The notes: generated from the sequence alone by a model not told the origin. 63,050 nt of DNA, filler included, from Globobulimina sp. (GCA_003354225.1; 34 parts of 34 records of this genome joined end to end with filler, not necessarily neighbours in it); one strand, 5' to 3'. Positions 52,015 through 63,050 are shown, counted from the whole stretch's first letter. Numbers and translations: made by a program.

Positions 52015-53064
52015 TCCATTTTTCTTCTGTGTTTATTTTTGATTTTATTTGTGTCAATAATACCGGTATAAGAATAAGAATGATGTTCATTAATTCTGAT
52101 ATCCCATTTTTTGAATCCTTTATTAACAGAAATAATGCCAAATGAATGTGTATAGACATTTGTCAAACTGATACCGCCAATGGCTGTATATTTGGCATAT
52201 ATTTGAATGGCGTTATCCGTCAATGTTGGATGCCATTCATCAACATTTTGTACATCTAATTTTGATACATTTTGTTTTAAATAACAGTCAATATGGTGCC
52301 ATTTATTATTGTTTTCGTTCCAAAATATATTTCTGGCATCAAAATCTGAAGAATATAATGTTTTATTGCATTTTGAACAGATATCAAACATTTCATCTTT
52401 ATATTTTTTCTCATCTTCAACGCAACTCTGATCATTATTTATTTTCTGCTCTTTTTGTTTGATTTTACTTAATTCGCTGTTAATATTTAATAATGATTTT
52501 GATAATTTATCGATGGACTCTTTAAGTGATATATTTTCTGTTTTAATTCCATTGATTATATTTTTTTAATTGATTTATTTGGATATAACCATGATTCGTA
52601 TTTTTGTATTCAACATAAAGTTGATAAACATTGCATTGTTTTAAATGCGATAGTAATAATTGAACAGTTCCATTCCATTGACATTCGTCAAAAGTAATAT
52701 TATCATCGTCATTGATATTCTTATATTTAATATTCATTGGACATAATATCTTTAATGTTGGAATTATATTTGAAGCGAATACATTTTTTTGTAAATCGCT
52801 TATTTCGTGATTGCCATTGGGGCAATTTTCTTTATGTTCTAAACAATGATCAATGCATTTCTTACAAAACGAATGACCTTTATCACACATAAATGGATTT
52901 GCTGATACTGTTATTTCAGAGCATTTTCCACATTTAAATGTTTGGGCAAAAGCTTCAACAAATATATCAACTGGAAGAGTTTCAAATGCTTCGAATTCCC
53001 CTTTTCCACCTTCAATGTCTTTGGGTGGTTCTCCATTTTTGACTGTTGACGGCATGGTCGCCAT
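52015..53064 (-). CDS. RING, TRAF-type zinc finger, coiled coil, Zn-ribbon and SPRY-like protein (probable intron about 52538-52589), 3' truncated
   Basis: CGKC..CDKGHSFCKKC..CP RING; CP..CQWNG..HLKQC; the downstream frame is open through CSKC..HIDC to SFG..GFKKWDIRI. Confidence 0.65.
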
Positions 53065-53110
53065 GAAAAGTTGAAAACAAGTCAAAGGAAAACATCCTGT
53101 TTTATACAAA

Positions 53111-53755
53111 ATGGGTGCTTGTGTTTCAACTGCTCAGAAAGAAGAGGATGTAGATAGTGATGAGAAAACCGAATATATGTTAGATACAACTAAGCCACGA
53201 GCTGCAACATTATTAGATGTATGGGCAAACAAACCAGGATTTTATTTTGAATCATATTTAGCCCGTATTATGTACAAAAGTTTTTTTGAGACATTAAAAT
53301 CCAAAAAAAGTGATAATGCAAAAGATGTTGTATTGAATTTCCACCGTGTTGTTGCATATATTGCAGGAGCGGATGGATTAAGCAAATCAGAACGAGACAT
53401 ATTGATTCCAACAGCCAGGATATGGTCAGGATACACGGCCTCAGAGAAAGAAATCATAGATGCAATGAATGAAGGATTAACAATGAATACTGAACAAGCT
53501 GTAGATTTCGCAAATAAATTAGCACATACTCATGATATGGATGCAGGTATTTCATGTGTATGTATATTATATTATGCATTGACAGTGAGCGGAGTGGATG
53601 GTCTGTCTGACGAAGAGAAAAATGCATTTGAACAAGTGGCCAAAGGAATGGGTCTTTCACAAAATCTCATTGATGAAACAATTAATACATATCAAATGGA
53701 AGTTGAATTTGGGGATAGATTGTCCAAATTGTTAGGAACTGCTGGTAGCAAATAA
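53111..53755 (+). CDS. TerB-like protein with duplicated DG motifs and an MGxC lipidation motif
   Basis: IAGADGLSKSER and VSGVDGLSDEEK...LGL-type repeats; MGAC start. Confidence 0.7.
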   Translation: MGACVSTAQKEEDVDSDEKTEYMLDTTKPRAATLLDVWANKPGFYFESYLARIMYKSFFETLKSKKSDNAKDVVLNFHRVVAYIAGADGLSKSERDILIPTARIWSGYTASEKEIIDAMNEGLTMNTEQAVDFANKLAHTHDMDAGISCVCILYYALTVSGVDGLSDEEKNAFEQVAKGMGLSQNLIDETINTYQMEVEFGDRLSKLLGTAGSK

Positions 53756-53870
53756 CTCCACATTGTATTANNNNNNNNNNNNNNNNNNNNNNNNNNNNNN
53801 NNNNNNNNNNNNNNTTAATTAATTAANNNNNNNNNNNNNNNNNNNNNNNNNNNNNNNNNNNNNNNNNNNN

Positions 53871-55310
53871 ATGTAAAAAAGATAAGAGTGATCACTCATA
53901 TCCGCCAAATGCAGCCGTAGTATTAACTGGATTGGAGGCAATGATTAAGGTCCAGCCTATGGTTGTTATATATGATATTAGTGGTTTACGGCCGTACAAT
54001 TTTGAACCAAAAAACTGTGCGTTTCTTTGCAAAAATTTAGAGAGATATTTATGGGGAAACGGTATGGCAGAGGCTAATAACCTTCCTATTATCTTTAAAA
54101 AAAAGGAAATCAAACAGAATCCATATCAGTATCTCTCAAGAAAACAGATGTATCCAATACCCGGACAAAGTAATAACAATATGCAGCAGCAACAATATAA
54201 TGCAATGCAAAAGAACCCAAATATGCAGACTATGCAAAATAATATGAATCCAATGGCCAGACAACGTAATATGCACTACAATAATAACAATATGCAACAG
54301 CAACAGCAACAGCAACAGCAACAATATAATGCAATGCAAATGAACCCAAATATGCAGACTATGCAAAATAATATGAATCCAATGACCGGACAACGTAATA
54401 TGCACTACAATAATAACAATATGCAACAGCAACAGCAACCGCAACAATATAATCCAATGCAAATGAATAATTACATGCGTAGAAATCAACAAATTGAACA
54501 AAATATGCAAATGCAACAAGGCGTATATGATATATATGATAATTACAGACTGAACACAAATATGCAAATGAATCAAAATATGCGTCCAATGACAAATCGT
54601 AACAATCAACAAAATAAAAACAACAATAACAATAACAAGGAAATCGAGAAAAGGAAAGAAGCACTAAAACCATCTCAAAAAGTATGGTTTTTTTGTTTGC
54701 GATTTTTGTATAAATTGTGATTTTTTTATGCAGGAAAACAAAGTCAGTGAATGGCTCAAAAAAACAGTTTTAAAACCACAATATATAAAAAATTTCATTT
54801 CTGCTGGATTTGATACAATGGCTGGTATCCAAGATATGGATGAAACGGATTTAAAAGAAATAATAGGAATTGAATTGCCAGGACATCGGAGACATATTCT
54901 TAAACATATTAAAGAATTACAGACAAAAACAGATGAAAAAGAGAATAGACCGCAGTGTCTGAGCAACAATGCCGGCGTCGTATGCATTGCCATCAGCAAA
55001 TATGATAAAAATACGGCTCGTCCATCACTCCCCGACGTAAGAGACGACGTTGAAAGATACAAAAATGTATTAGGCGCCGGCTATAATTATACAATAATGT
55101 CAAGTTTGGATGAAAACGAATATAAAAATGGACGGATGACGGCAAGCGATGTAAAAAAATTTATAAATAAATGTTACGCTGAAATTATAGTATATGATGA
55201 AAGCGATTATACCCTTTCTTCCAAATTCGATGCGCTTTTTATCACAGTGAGCGGCCACGGCACCGCCACAAGTTTGGTCTGTTCGGATAATTCAAAAATT
55301 AAATATAATA
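53871..55310 (+). CDS. Q/N/M-rich repeat region, SAM domain and caspase-like (C14) domain; intron 54682-54733; both ends incomplete
   Basis: The splice joins the ORFs in frame; SAM VSEWL...GHRRHILKHI; caspase-like IAISKY...DALFITVSGHG. Confidence 0.8.
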
Positions 55311-55390
55311 ATAGTAATATTAACGTACTAATATTAAAACTAGTTATAATATTAATTTTAAATTAATTCTAAAGTAGTTTATATTACTTT

Positions 55391-55584
55391 AGAATTAATT
55401 CCATGTTTACATGGAATTAATGCAAATTAATTCCATGCTGGCATGGAATTAATTCCTCGAATTAATTTTTATATTTTAGAATTAATTCCATAGTTTCGAA
55501 TTAATTCCATAGTTTCGAATTAATTCAATAGTTTCGAATTAATTCCATAGTTTCGAATTAATTCCATAGTTTCGAATTAATTCC
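55391..55584. repeat. Palindromic GAATTAATTC array ending in a 19-bp minisatellite (GAATTAATTCCATAGTTTC, about 5.5 copies)
   Basis: Tandem copies visible directly at 55479-55584; hairpin-type copies upstream. Confidence 0.85.
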
Positions 55585-55946
55585 CATTCTCTAAATCTTT
55601 TTAACTTCGGTCACATTCTTTCTCTANNNNNNNNNNNNNNNNNNNNNNNNNNNNNNNNNNNNNNNNNNNNTTAATTAATTAANNNNNNNNNNNNNNNNNN
55701 NNNNNNNNNNNNNNNNNNNNNNNNNNAGAAGGGCGGAAAAAGAGTTAAAGCTTGATGAAAATGAACAAAAACCTCTCTCACCTACTCACTCTAAAAGAAG
55801 AAGGTGACCTTTTATCCTAAATCCTCTTGATTTATTGTATCTAACTTATTAGGTACTCCTTACTTTAAAAACTTTACTTAAAAACCCTTAGTTCAACCCT
55901 AGAACCAGGCTCGACCTACTACAGTAAATATACATCGATATCACGA

Positions 55947-57442
55947 TTATTTTGATGATTTTTTATGAGCGGGAATTTTATAAACCCTGACATCAAAATC
56001 ATTTGATCCAACAGCAATATATTGCGAATCTGGAGAAAAAGAAATTTGATTTATTTGTCCATTTTTATCTTTTCGACATAACACGTTTTCAAATTGACAA
56101 TGCAATTTAATTTTTTTCTTTCCATATTTTAATTTATAGATATAGATAATTTGTCTCTTTTCATTTAATACAGCAATGATATCATATTGATATGACATGA
56201 TTACTTTCTCAATGCTACCAATTCCTAAATCCTTTTGCAAAATCATTTGTGGTTTATTACCCCGCGCATAATCACAATTGGCAATATCCCATACTTTAAT
56301 ATATCCGTCTTTTGATGCGGATATCATAAATTGTGAATTACATGAAAACGTAACACAAGTAACACATTTCTGATGTGCACCGATAATCGAACATAATAAG
56401 CGCGTACCACCAAATCGCTTCTCTTGAATAATATCCCTTTTGCCTGGTTTAATATAATTTATTTTCCATAATCGAAGGTCTTTCTTAAATGTGCCAATAC
56501 TTAACCAATTACCATCTGATGATACCCCCAATTCATAGTTGACAAAATGTCCCGCATCGACTATTTCCATCGCTTTATCCACATTTTCTATCACCGCACG
56601 TAATTCTGCTTTATTCTGTGGTGCCACATTTAATTTTATTTTCTTCTGCTTACTCTCTCGTTGTTTTTTCTTTATATCATAAAAATATATCTTTGTGTTA
56701 TTAGTGCCGCTCACTGCGATAAAATGTAAAGCTGTGTGTGTTGCAATACATTTTACATCTTCTTTCATAAACTCTGTCTGAATGTTGCTGTATATTAACA
56801 AATTTAAGTGGAAAATTCTAACAATTTCAAATGCTAACAATTTACTTACCTGGTTATTTGCAATCGAATTTTAGGGGCACTATCAGTAAATTTTACATTG
56901 TAGGAATCCAATCCAAAACAACCATTTGTTGATGCAAATACAGAATTTGCTAATCGATTGTTTTTTTTCTCATCATCATCATTTTTTGCTTCAGGTGTTA
57001 TAATTGTATGCAATGCAGAGAAATATCCATTGTCCCGCGATTTAAGACTACCAATGAATGAATCGGTAATTTGCGGATTTGTGGGACTTTCCCAAATATA
57101 AAGATATTTGTCTTTGGATGAGGAGAATAAAAGATTTTGACTTTGATGCCAGCACACACCGCTTACATCATCTGTGTGACCACGAAAAACGGATACTAAA
57201 TTCTCATGATCTGATAAGTTTATTCTTGTTTTATTTTTTACGGCATTGAAACTTTTCATCAATGGCTGTTTTTTATTCGATCTCTTCTTATTTTGTTTCG
57301 ATGGCTTTTTTTTCCGTTTTTTCTTATCTTGTTTCTTTTTATTTGCAGGAGACTTAGACACTTTATTGTTGAAAAATGTGATGAAAATTATCGCCACAAT
57401 TCCTGCTCCGACCAACCCGGTTACTAAAAGCTCGACTAGCAT
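55947..57442 (-). CDS. TBL2: TBL2-like WD40 protein with N-terminal TM anchor; intron 56788-56849
   Basis: N-terminal TM plus K-rich linker; FRGHTDDV and AHQKCVTCVTFS...SASKDGYIKVWD repeats. Confidence 0.7.
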
Positions 57443-57954
57443 CGTATTGTGTTTGGAGTTTTTGGTGCTCGATAAAACTTGANNNNNNNNNNNNNNNNNN
57501 NNNNNNNNNNNNNNNNNNNNNNNNNNTTAATTAATTAANNNNNNNNNNNNNNNNNNNNNNNNNNNNNNNNNNNNNNNNNNNNTCACATGAATTTATCAGA
57601 TGCATGCATATGGCAATTATATTCAAGAAATGATATGACTGATTTCGAAACGATGCACCTTTTTTATTTTGTCTGCCAAATTCGCATTTTACAACTTTTG
57701 GATAAATAAAAAATCGTACATCATTTTGAAATCTGTAACATTTGAATTAAATAAAAATAGACTAAAAAAGAAAAAAACACTCCTATCATTATTAGCATTT
57801 ATTATTTTTACCAATGATGTTTATTGAACAATTGCAACACTTGAAATTAATGGAAACTTTGTAATAAAATAATGCATGAAACGAGACGATATAAAAAAAT
57901 AATACAAAAAATACAAATTAATTAAATGTACGTATAATTAAAAAAAGAAGTTAA

Positions 57955-59208
57955 TTAATTCTCATTGTTAGCTTTTTTTTTTGCAAAACGAATACAAATA
58001 TTTATAAAACATTGATTGCAGCGATGGCATAATTTTTCATTTATACACTCTCCAAAATGGAATAACATAATGGTTGAAACCGACCCGACCAAAGAATCAA
58101 TACTTGCCATATTCATTGGTATCAATAATGATAATCGTGTCTGTGGTAACAATATAAAACGAAATGCAAACCAACAAAACGTCACTAAAAGCACCGAAGC
58201 TGATGTCACAAATACTAAAACTGCATTTTTTGCTGTCAACTTTAAAAAAGAAACACTGAGATTTGCGTCTTCAAAAGCTGAAGACGACCGATGTTGGCTA
58301 TGTCGGCTACGCATATCCTCTGCGATTTCATTTGCATTTGATACAGAATCGTTTGATTGATAGGAATGAATATATAATGTTGGCATATTGCTGTCATGCG
58401 GCGTGATTTTTATCTCACTTTGCGATTTTTGTTCTGACGCTTTAATTTGAATTTGCTTTGGCACTTTAATTAATTGTATAGAATGTTGGCATAACGTTAA
58501 AAATAATAATCTGCGACTAAACATATATAGTAATATTAGTGTAATGATTTGATATGAAATGCGAAATGAATTGAAGGCAATTTCTGCAATGACTAAGTTG
58601 CCAAAATACACACCAAAATATGCAACAATTACGGAAATGACACCCATTACGGTGACAAAAACGTTTGTGGCTATAAATGTTTTTCGCGGATATTTGGAGA
58701 ATGAACCTTTGAATGCATAGAATAAGCGACCATTAAAAAACCATATTATTGCTATTGTGCCAATATACCAGCAAACGGTGGATAATATGCGTAGAAAATG
58801 AGAATAATGATTTTTATAAAATTTTTCTGTGGGTTGATATGGATCGATTACTAAATGAATACAATACAATGCATTGAAAAAACAACAGCCGACATTGCCG
58901 AACACACAAACCACCGATGAAAGCTTTATATAGTAATTGATATGTGGTTGATGCTCGGGACTGGATGCTTTGCTCATTCCTTTGCTCAATATTTGTTGGG
59001 CTGCCTCAGGCTTTGAACCTGAATCTCTGGATATATCTATCCAGTGCTCTACTTGAGCTAGGCAGGAGTTTGAGGACTGTGCATTGGATTGAGATTGCAT
59101 TTGCAATTCACAATCATCCAATGGCTGACTTTGCGGCTCGCTTTGAGACGAACGACAACATGACTGCATGTTGGACATAACAGAGGCAAAGTTTTTCATG
59201 TTAATCAT
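57955..59208 (-). CDS. 7TM GPCR-like membrane protein (true start/TM1 uncertain)
   Basis: About six TM helices; GRLFYAF, KNAVL, IDSLV and C-terminal CxxC. Confidence 0.7.
   Translation of the reverse strand: MINMKNFASVMSNMQSCCRSSQSEPQSQPLDDCELQMQSQSNAQSSNSCLAQVEHWIDISRDSGSKPEAAQQILSKGMSKASSPEHQPHINYYIKLSSVVCVFGNVGCCFFNALYCIHLVIDPYQPTEKFYKNHYSHFLRILSTVCWYIGTIAIIWFFNGRLFYAFKGSFSKYPRKTFIATNVFVTVMGVISVIVAYFGVYFGNLVIAEIAFNSFRISYQIITLILLYMFSRRLLFLTLCQHSIQLIKVPKQIQIKASEQKSQSEIKITPHDSNMPTLYIHSYQSNDSVSNANEIAEDMRSRHSQHRSSSAFEDANLSVSFLKLTAKNAVLVFVTSASVLLVTFCWFAFRFILLPQTRLSLLIPMNMASIDSLVGSVSTIMLFHFGECINEKLCHRCNQCFINICIRFAKKKANNEN
58998..59067 (-). repeat. tRNA-like / tRNA-derived element, copy 2, in frame within the 7TM ORF
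   Basis: Minus strand CTGCC-TA-GCTC-AAGTA-GAGC-A-CTGGA-TAGATATA-TCCAG-AGAT-TCAGG-TTCAAAG-CCTGA-GGCAG; homologous to 2426-2495. Confidence 0.75.
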
Positions 59209-59253
59209 TAAGCTTCATTTCATTAGACTATGGCCAACTAAGTTTTTTTTGAG

Positions 59254-59311
59254 ACCGTTACATTTAAAGTCTACTTATGTCTAAGAGGATTGCTTGCCAG
59301 CAGCGTGGATT
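59254..59311. repeat. 58-bp dispersed conserved element, copy 2
   Basis: 52/58 identical to 5272-5329. Confidence 0.85.
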
Positions 59312-59438
59312 AATAAATAGTCCTCACTCTATTGCCTCNNNNNNNNNNNNNNNNNNNNNNNNNNNNNNNNNNNNNNNNNNNNTTAATTAATTAANNNNNN
59401 NNNNNNNNNNNNNNNNNNNNNNNNNNNNNNNNNNNNNN

Positions 59439-61106
59439 ATTAGCGCTTGGCAACGCATTTGACGACATATACGCGGACGGCCAGGATAATGTTCTCATTG
59501 CAGCAGAAAATAAAGTAAATATCAAAGTGAATCACCCGAAAATCGTCAAACAAATCCAGCCTAAGCCCAGTGTGGATGACGACGGCCATATACACATTCA
59601 CATGAATGACGGCGCCCACTCCGACAACGAGTACAAGTACGACGAGCAGAAGGAAGGTCACTCCGAAGTCATTGATGAAAAAACGTATATATTCCCAAGG
59701 TTTGCGCACTTTTTTTGCTTTTTGAGATAACCTTGGAACTACTAACTAACTTCAGAGAGTACAAGAACATCGGTCCGGTGTTTTCTTACGGAAAGAACTG
59801 GTCAGCCTCCATTCAGCCCAAATACCAGCACCTAAAGGAAGAGGTATTGAACAACAAATACGCGCCCATCACGGAAAAGACGTGGAATGGAATCCTGAAA
59901 AAGTGCACCAAAATACTCAAGGTATGTGACGACGGCAAGGTATATATACTTTAAACATAGCCAAACTGCGCATTTTCTATATTGTTTTTGCTGGGTTATA
60001 GGGGGACTTTTCGTGCAAAAGAAAGAACCGATGGTCCAAGCTCTTGAAGGAGAACAGGATTGGAATGAAGCATTTGGTGGCGCTGAAGTTATACACTGAT
60101 TTCGATTTACTCCAAAGAGAGTTCCGAAAGTCGTTCCGCGCGCCGTACAACAAAACGAAAGAGCGGCTGCGCGCCTTCTTTCATTGGAGACAAGCGTTAC
60201 AGGAAACTTTTGTGAAATTCAGCAGCATTCCCTCTGCCTTGTCGCAGCCCAACACACTGTTCCATGGCATCAATTCCATTATGTGTTTGGATCAATATCA
60301 GGGATTTTACTATGGGCCATGCTCGACTACGACAGATCTGCACGTGGCGAGGTATGATGTTGTGATAATTGTTTGTATATAACTTTATGCTGCAACACTG
60401 CACTGTGCTTCACAGGTCCTTTGCGGGTAAGAATGGCATGATTTTGGTGATCAAACCGGAGACGAACATGCGGTTAACTCCCTACAAAGTATTAGACATT
60501 TCGTGGATCAGTGACTATCCGGACGAGAGAGAGTATTTGTTGCTGGACCACAAGATCGAAATTGAAACTTGGATCTTATCCTCGGACTATGACCAATATT
60601 ACCATTATTATCACAACACGTTGACCAAAAAGAAAGTGATGAAGGGGCCGTCGGGGCATTTGTCGTATCAAAATCAGAAGAAAATCCCCAAACATCTGAG
60701 CAAACTGAAGCTGCTCATTCAAGAAATTGAGGTGAAGCCAGTGATACAGACTGCCGCTAATTGCAATAAGGTGAAAATTAAACAAAACCTGGATTTTGAT
60801 AATGATGAAGTGGCGGAACAGGAAAAGATTGATTTGTTAATTTTTATGTTTCAGTTTGCTTTGGGATACAAATATGGAAAGAAGAAGCCGTCGAAATATG
60901 ATCAGTCTTTGAATGCAAATATTCAGCACGTTATGAAGACCATTCATATCATGCACGTGCCGGCTATGTTGGTGAACGAGTTCATGGAGCAATTACGGAT
61001 TAAGTTTAATAAGGAAATGAGTGCGTACTTTATCCGCTCAGTGCTCAACGAATATTTTATTAATACGTATGTTCCATTGGATGCTGTGGTCGATGCGAGT
61101 GTTTAA
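59439..61106 (+). CDS. ADP-ribosyltransferase-like protein, 5' partial; introns 59700-59755, about 59940-60001 and 60352-60415
   Basis: LKLYTD, LFHGI, GPCSTT, VARSFA and ISDYPDEREYL motifs; all three splices keep the frame. Confidence 0.75.
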
Positions 61107-61416
61107 TGCAAGTTAAATTAGCATGTTATCTCAGATAAATTAAGGTGACTGTTTCTTTTTTTTTAAATTCAATTTATACCACCAAAAAAAACAANNNNNN
61201 NNNNNNNNNNNNNNNNNNNNNNNNNNNNNNNNNNNNNNTTAATTAATTAANNNNNNNNNNNNNNNNNNNNNNNNNNNNNNNNNNNNNNNNNNNNTGTCGA
61301 TGTAAAATACAGAAAATATATCAAACATTTTTGACTGGATTTTCCGGTTGAAAATGCGTGTATTTACCTTTAGTGTTTTTTATATTGTTGAAAAACTGTG
61401 CTTGAAAATTCTAGAA

Positions 61417-62841
61417 ATGTCCGTTTGTTTACGTTCAATGCTATCGCGCAGAGTGTGCTATTATCCTAAGCACCACATGGAGTGTCAATTACTATCGAGA
61501 CACTCAATGAGCTCGGAACTGCAGAAAAAGAGTAAATTTATGAGCAATCTAAAAGCGAGCATTGATGAGGAGATGGACAATGAGAATGATGATAATTCGA
61601 ATAAAACATTAATCTCTGATATTATCGAGAAATACAATAAAGAATATACGGAATACGCGGATAATGATAGTATAATCTCAGCGGCACAGTCAATACCAAA
61701 TTTTAAACATTTATACATTGTCCAATTAATAAATCCATTCAATACCGGTGGCAAAATAAATGTGATTGGTATTCGCCAAGAATCGATAGCGGAACAAGAC
61801 AATGTCGCGCATGAAATAAAGCAGTTATTACACTCAATAAAGCCATCAAATTTAATCGTTCAATTATCAATGGATCGGTATTTAACGCATATGAATAATA
61901 TGGATATAAATGATGTGGAAAATTTAATACCTACCACCTATTCATTGTCTTCGTTATTATCACAGCAACACTTAACAAATTCTGTCCGCATTGCTTTGCA
62001 TTTAATAAATTATATCACGATGAACAATGTGCAGCGAATGAATCCATATTTGTATGCTTTGCTATATGCAAATAATGAAGAAAATGGGTGTGACTTTATT
62101 GAGAATATAATATTAGGCGACATTTCTTATGTAAATAATAGTTTGATGTATGAAAATAGACACAAATATATTGCAGCCACAACCTATAAACAACGCCGTA
62201 ATTATGGACAATATCCGGGTATTTATGATTTATTATTTAGTTTAAAATCGGTACATGGCGTATTTGAATGGACAAATAATAACAAAGAGTCCATTAAATT
62301 GAAAGAAAAAGATGTTTATCAATTTGCCATTGATATGCAAGAGAAATTAGAGTTTGGTAGAGATATCTTACAAACTTCTGCCAAATCAATGGCTTATTAT
62401 ACGTATAAATGTGCAGAAAAACATAGCAATGAGAATGAGAATGATAATATTTTAGTGTTGTGCAATATCTTTACAATGTTATGTATGCCAATGCAATTTG
62501 GTAAGGTGTCCAGTCAAGAAATTAAAAAATTAAAACAACTCTCGGAAACATCAAGAAATAATGACATGAAATATGTTTATAAAAAATGGATATTTAATTA
62601 TTGGAATGGTGTTTGTTGGATACTGTGTGCAATGCACACGACATTTCAAACTGGAATATATAACATTGATTATCCATATTTGCTACAATTTGGCGTTGCT
62701 TTGCCTATGGTGTATCCAATGATTTACATAGCCATCTCATTTCGGGCCAGACATAGGGTCAGAAAGTTGCAAAAAATCATTCTCAAAAAACAATCTAACA
62801 AACAACAATCGACTTCTTCATCCAAAATACAAATTGATTAA
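61417..62841 (+). CDS. Divergent TraB-domain-like protein with mitochondrial-type presequence and C-terminal TMs
   Basis: INVIG...IKPSNLIVQLSMDRY and IILGD motifs; R/S/L-rich N-terminus. Confidence 0.5.
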   Translation: MSVCLRSMLSRRVCYYPKHHMECQLLSRHSMSSELQKKSKFMSNLKASIDEEMDNENDDNSNKTLISDIIEKYNKEYTEYADNDSIISAAQSIPNFKHLYIVQLINPFNTGGKINVIGIRQESIAEQDNVAHEIKQLLHSIKPSNLIVQLSMDRYLTHMNNMDINDVENLIPTTYSLSSLLSQQHLTNSVRIALHLINYITMNNVQRMNPYLYALLYANNEENGCDFIENIILGDISYVNNSLMYENRHKYIAATTYKQRRNYGQYPGIYDLLFSLKSVHGVFEWTNNNKESIKLKEKDVYQFAIDMQEKLEFGRDILQTSAKSMAYYTYKCAEKHSNENENDNILVLCNIFTMLCMPMQFGKVSSQEIKKLKQLSETSRNNDMKYVYKKWIFNYWNGVCWILCAMHTTFQTGIYNIDYPYLLQFGVALPMVYPMIYIAISFRARHRVRKLQKIILKKQSNKQQSTSSSKIQID

Positions 62842-63050
62842 TTAAACCCTCGATCTTGCATTCAGTTAAATGGTTATTTTGTTCAGAGTATAAATCCGAG
62901 AAAGTCTGTTCACAGTATAAAAACCTTCATATGGCAATGTCCATAAATAATCTTGTCTGAAAACACGTGTGGTCTGAAAACACATTGCAGCTGGTTAGTA
63001 AAACTAGAAAAAAAAAGCTAAGCGTATCAAAATTTTTTTGGGTACCCCAT

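Noticed and set aside
55479-55584. Palindromic repeat array as CRISPR
   Set aside because: The units are directly tandem with no unique spacers, and there are no cas genes.
55880-55905. AACCCT telomere-like hexamers
   Set aside because: Only two non-tandem copies.
7623-61106. Apparent defence island (ARTs, caspase, GIMAP, Mx-like, TRIM-like, TerB)
   Set aside because: The genes are on separate contigs, so co-occurrence in the window is not physical linkage.
1760-61294. Regularly spaced TTAATTAATTAA repeats resembling a CRISPR-like or periodic array
   Set aside because: They are artificial N-padded contig linkers; the periodicity reflects length-sorted contigs.

Overview
This is not a continuous locus. 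It is a concatenation of 34 short contigs (about 1,756-1,759 bp each, in decreasing length) joined by 33 identical 100-nt artificial spacers (N44-TTAATTAATTAA-N44), so neighbourhood across spacers is meaningless. Almost all contigs are AT-rich eukaryotic genomic DNA with short GT-AG introns (about 50-95 nt). The gene families (SAM, SPRY, TRAF/MATH, ART, caspase-like, 7TM) suggest a protist, most plausibly a foraminiferan/rhizarian; this is inference. Recognisable genes include PFOR with a mitochondrial-type presequence, NOG1, DIS3, double FKBP, FMO, serine carboxypeptidase, prolyl 4-hydroxylase, tyrosinase, TBL2-like WD40, SET, sulfotransferase, SGNH and DUF229 proteins. The most notable non-coding signals are a dispersed tRNA-like element (two copies with compensatory stem changes, one in frame inside a 7TM ORF) and a 58-bp element just upstream of two unrelated genes. 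Notable proteins include unusual immunity-like architectures: dsRBD-like/GIMAP GTPase, Q/N-SAM-caspase, WWE-ART, an Mx-like dynamin with an inserted domain, and a 3CxxC zinc-finger tandem pair. There is also a giant-virus-like secreted protein, a lipidation-motif TerB protein, and a GC-rich bacterial fragment fused to AT-rich DNA. All protein calls come from motif recognition by eye, not database searches.
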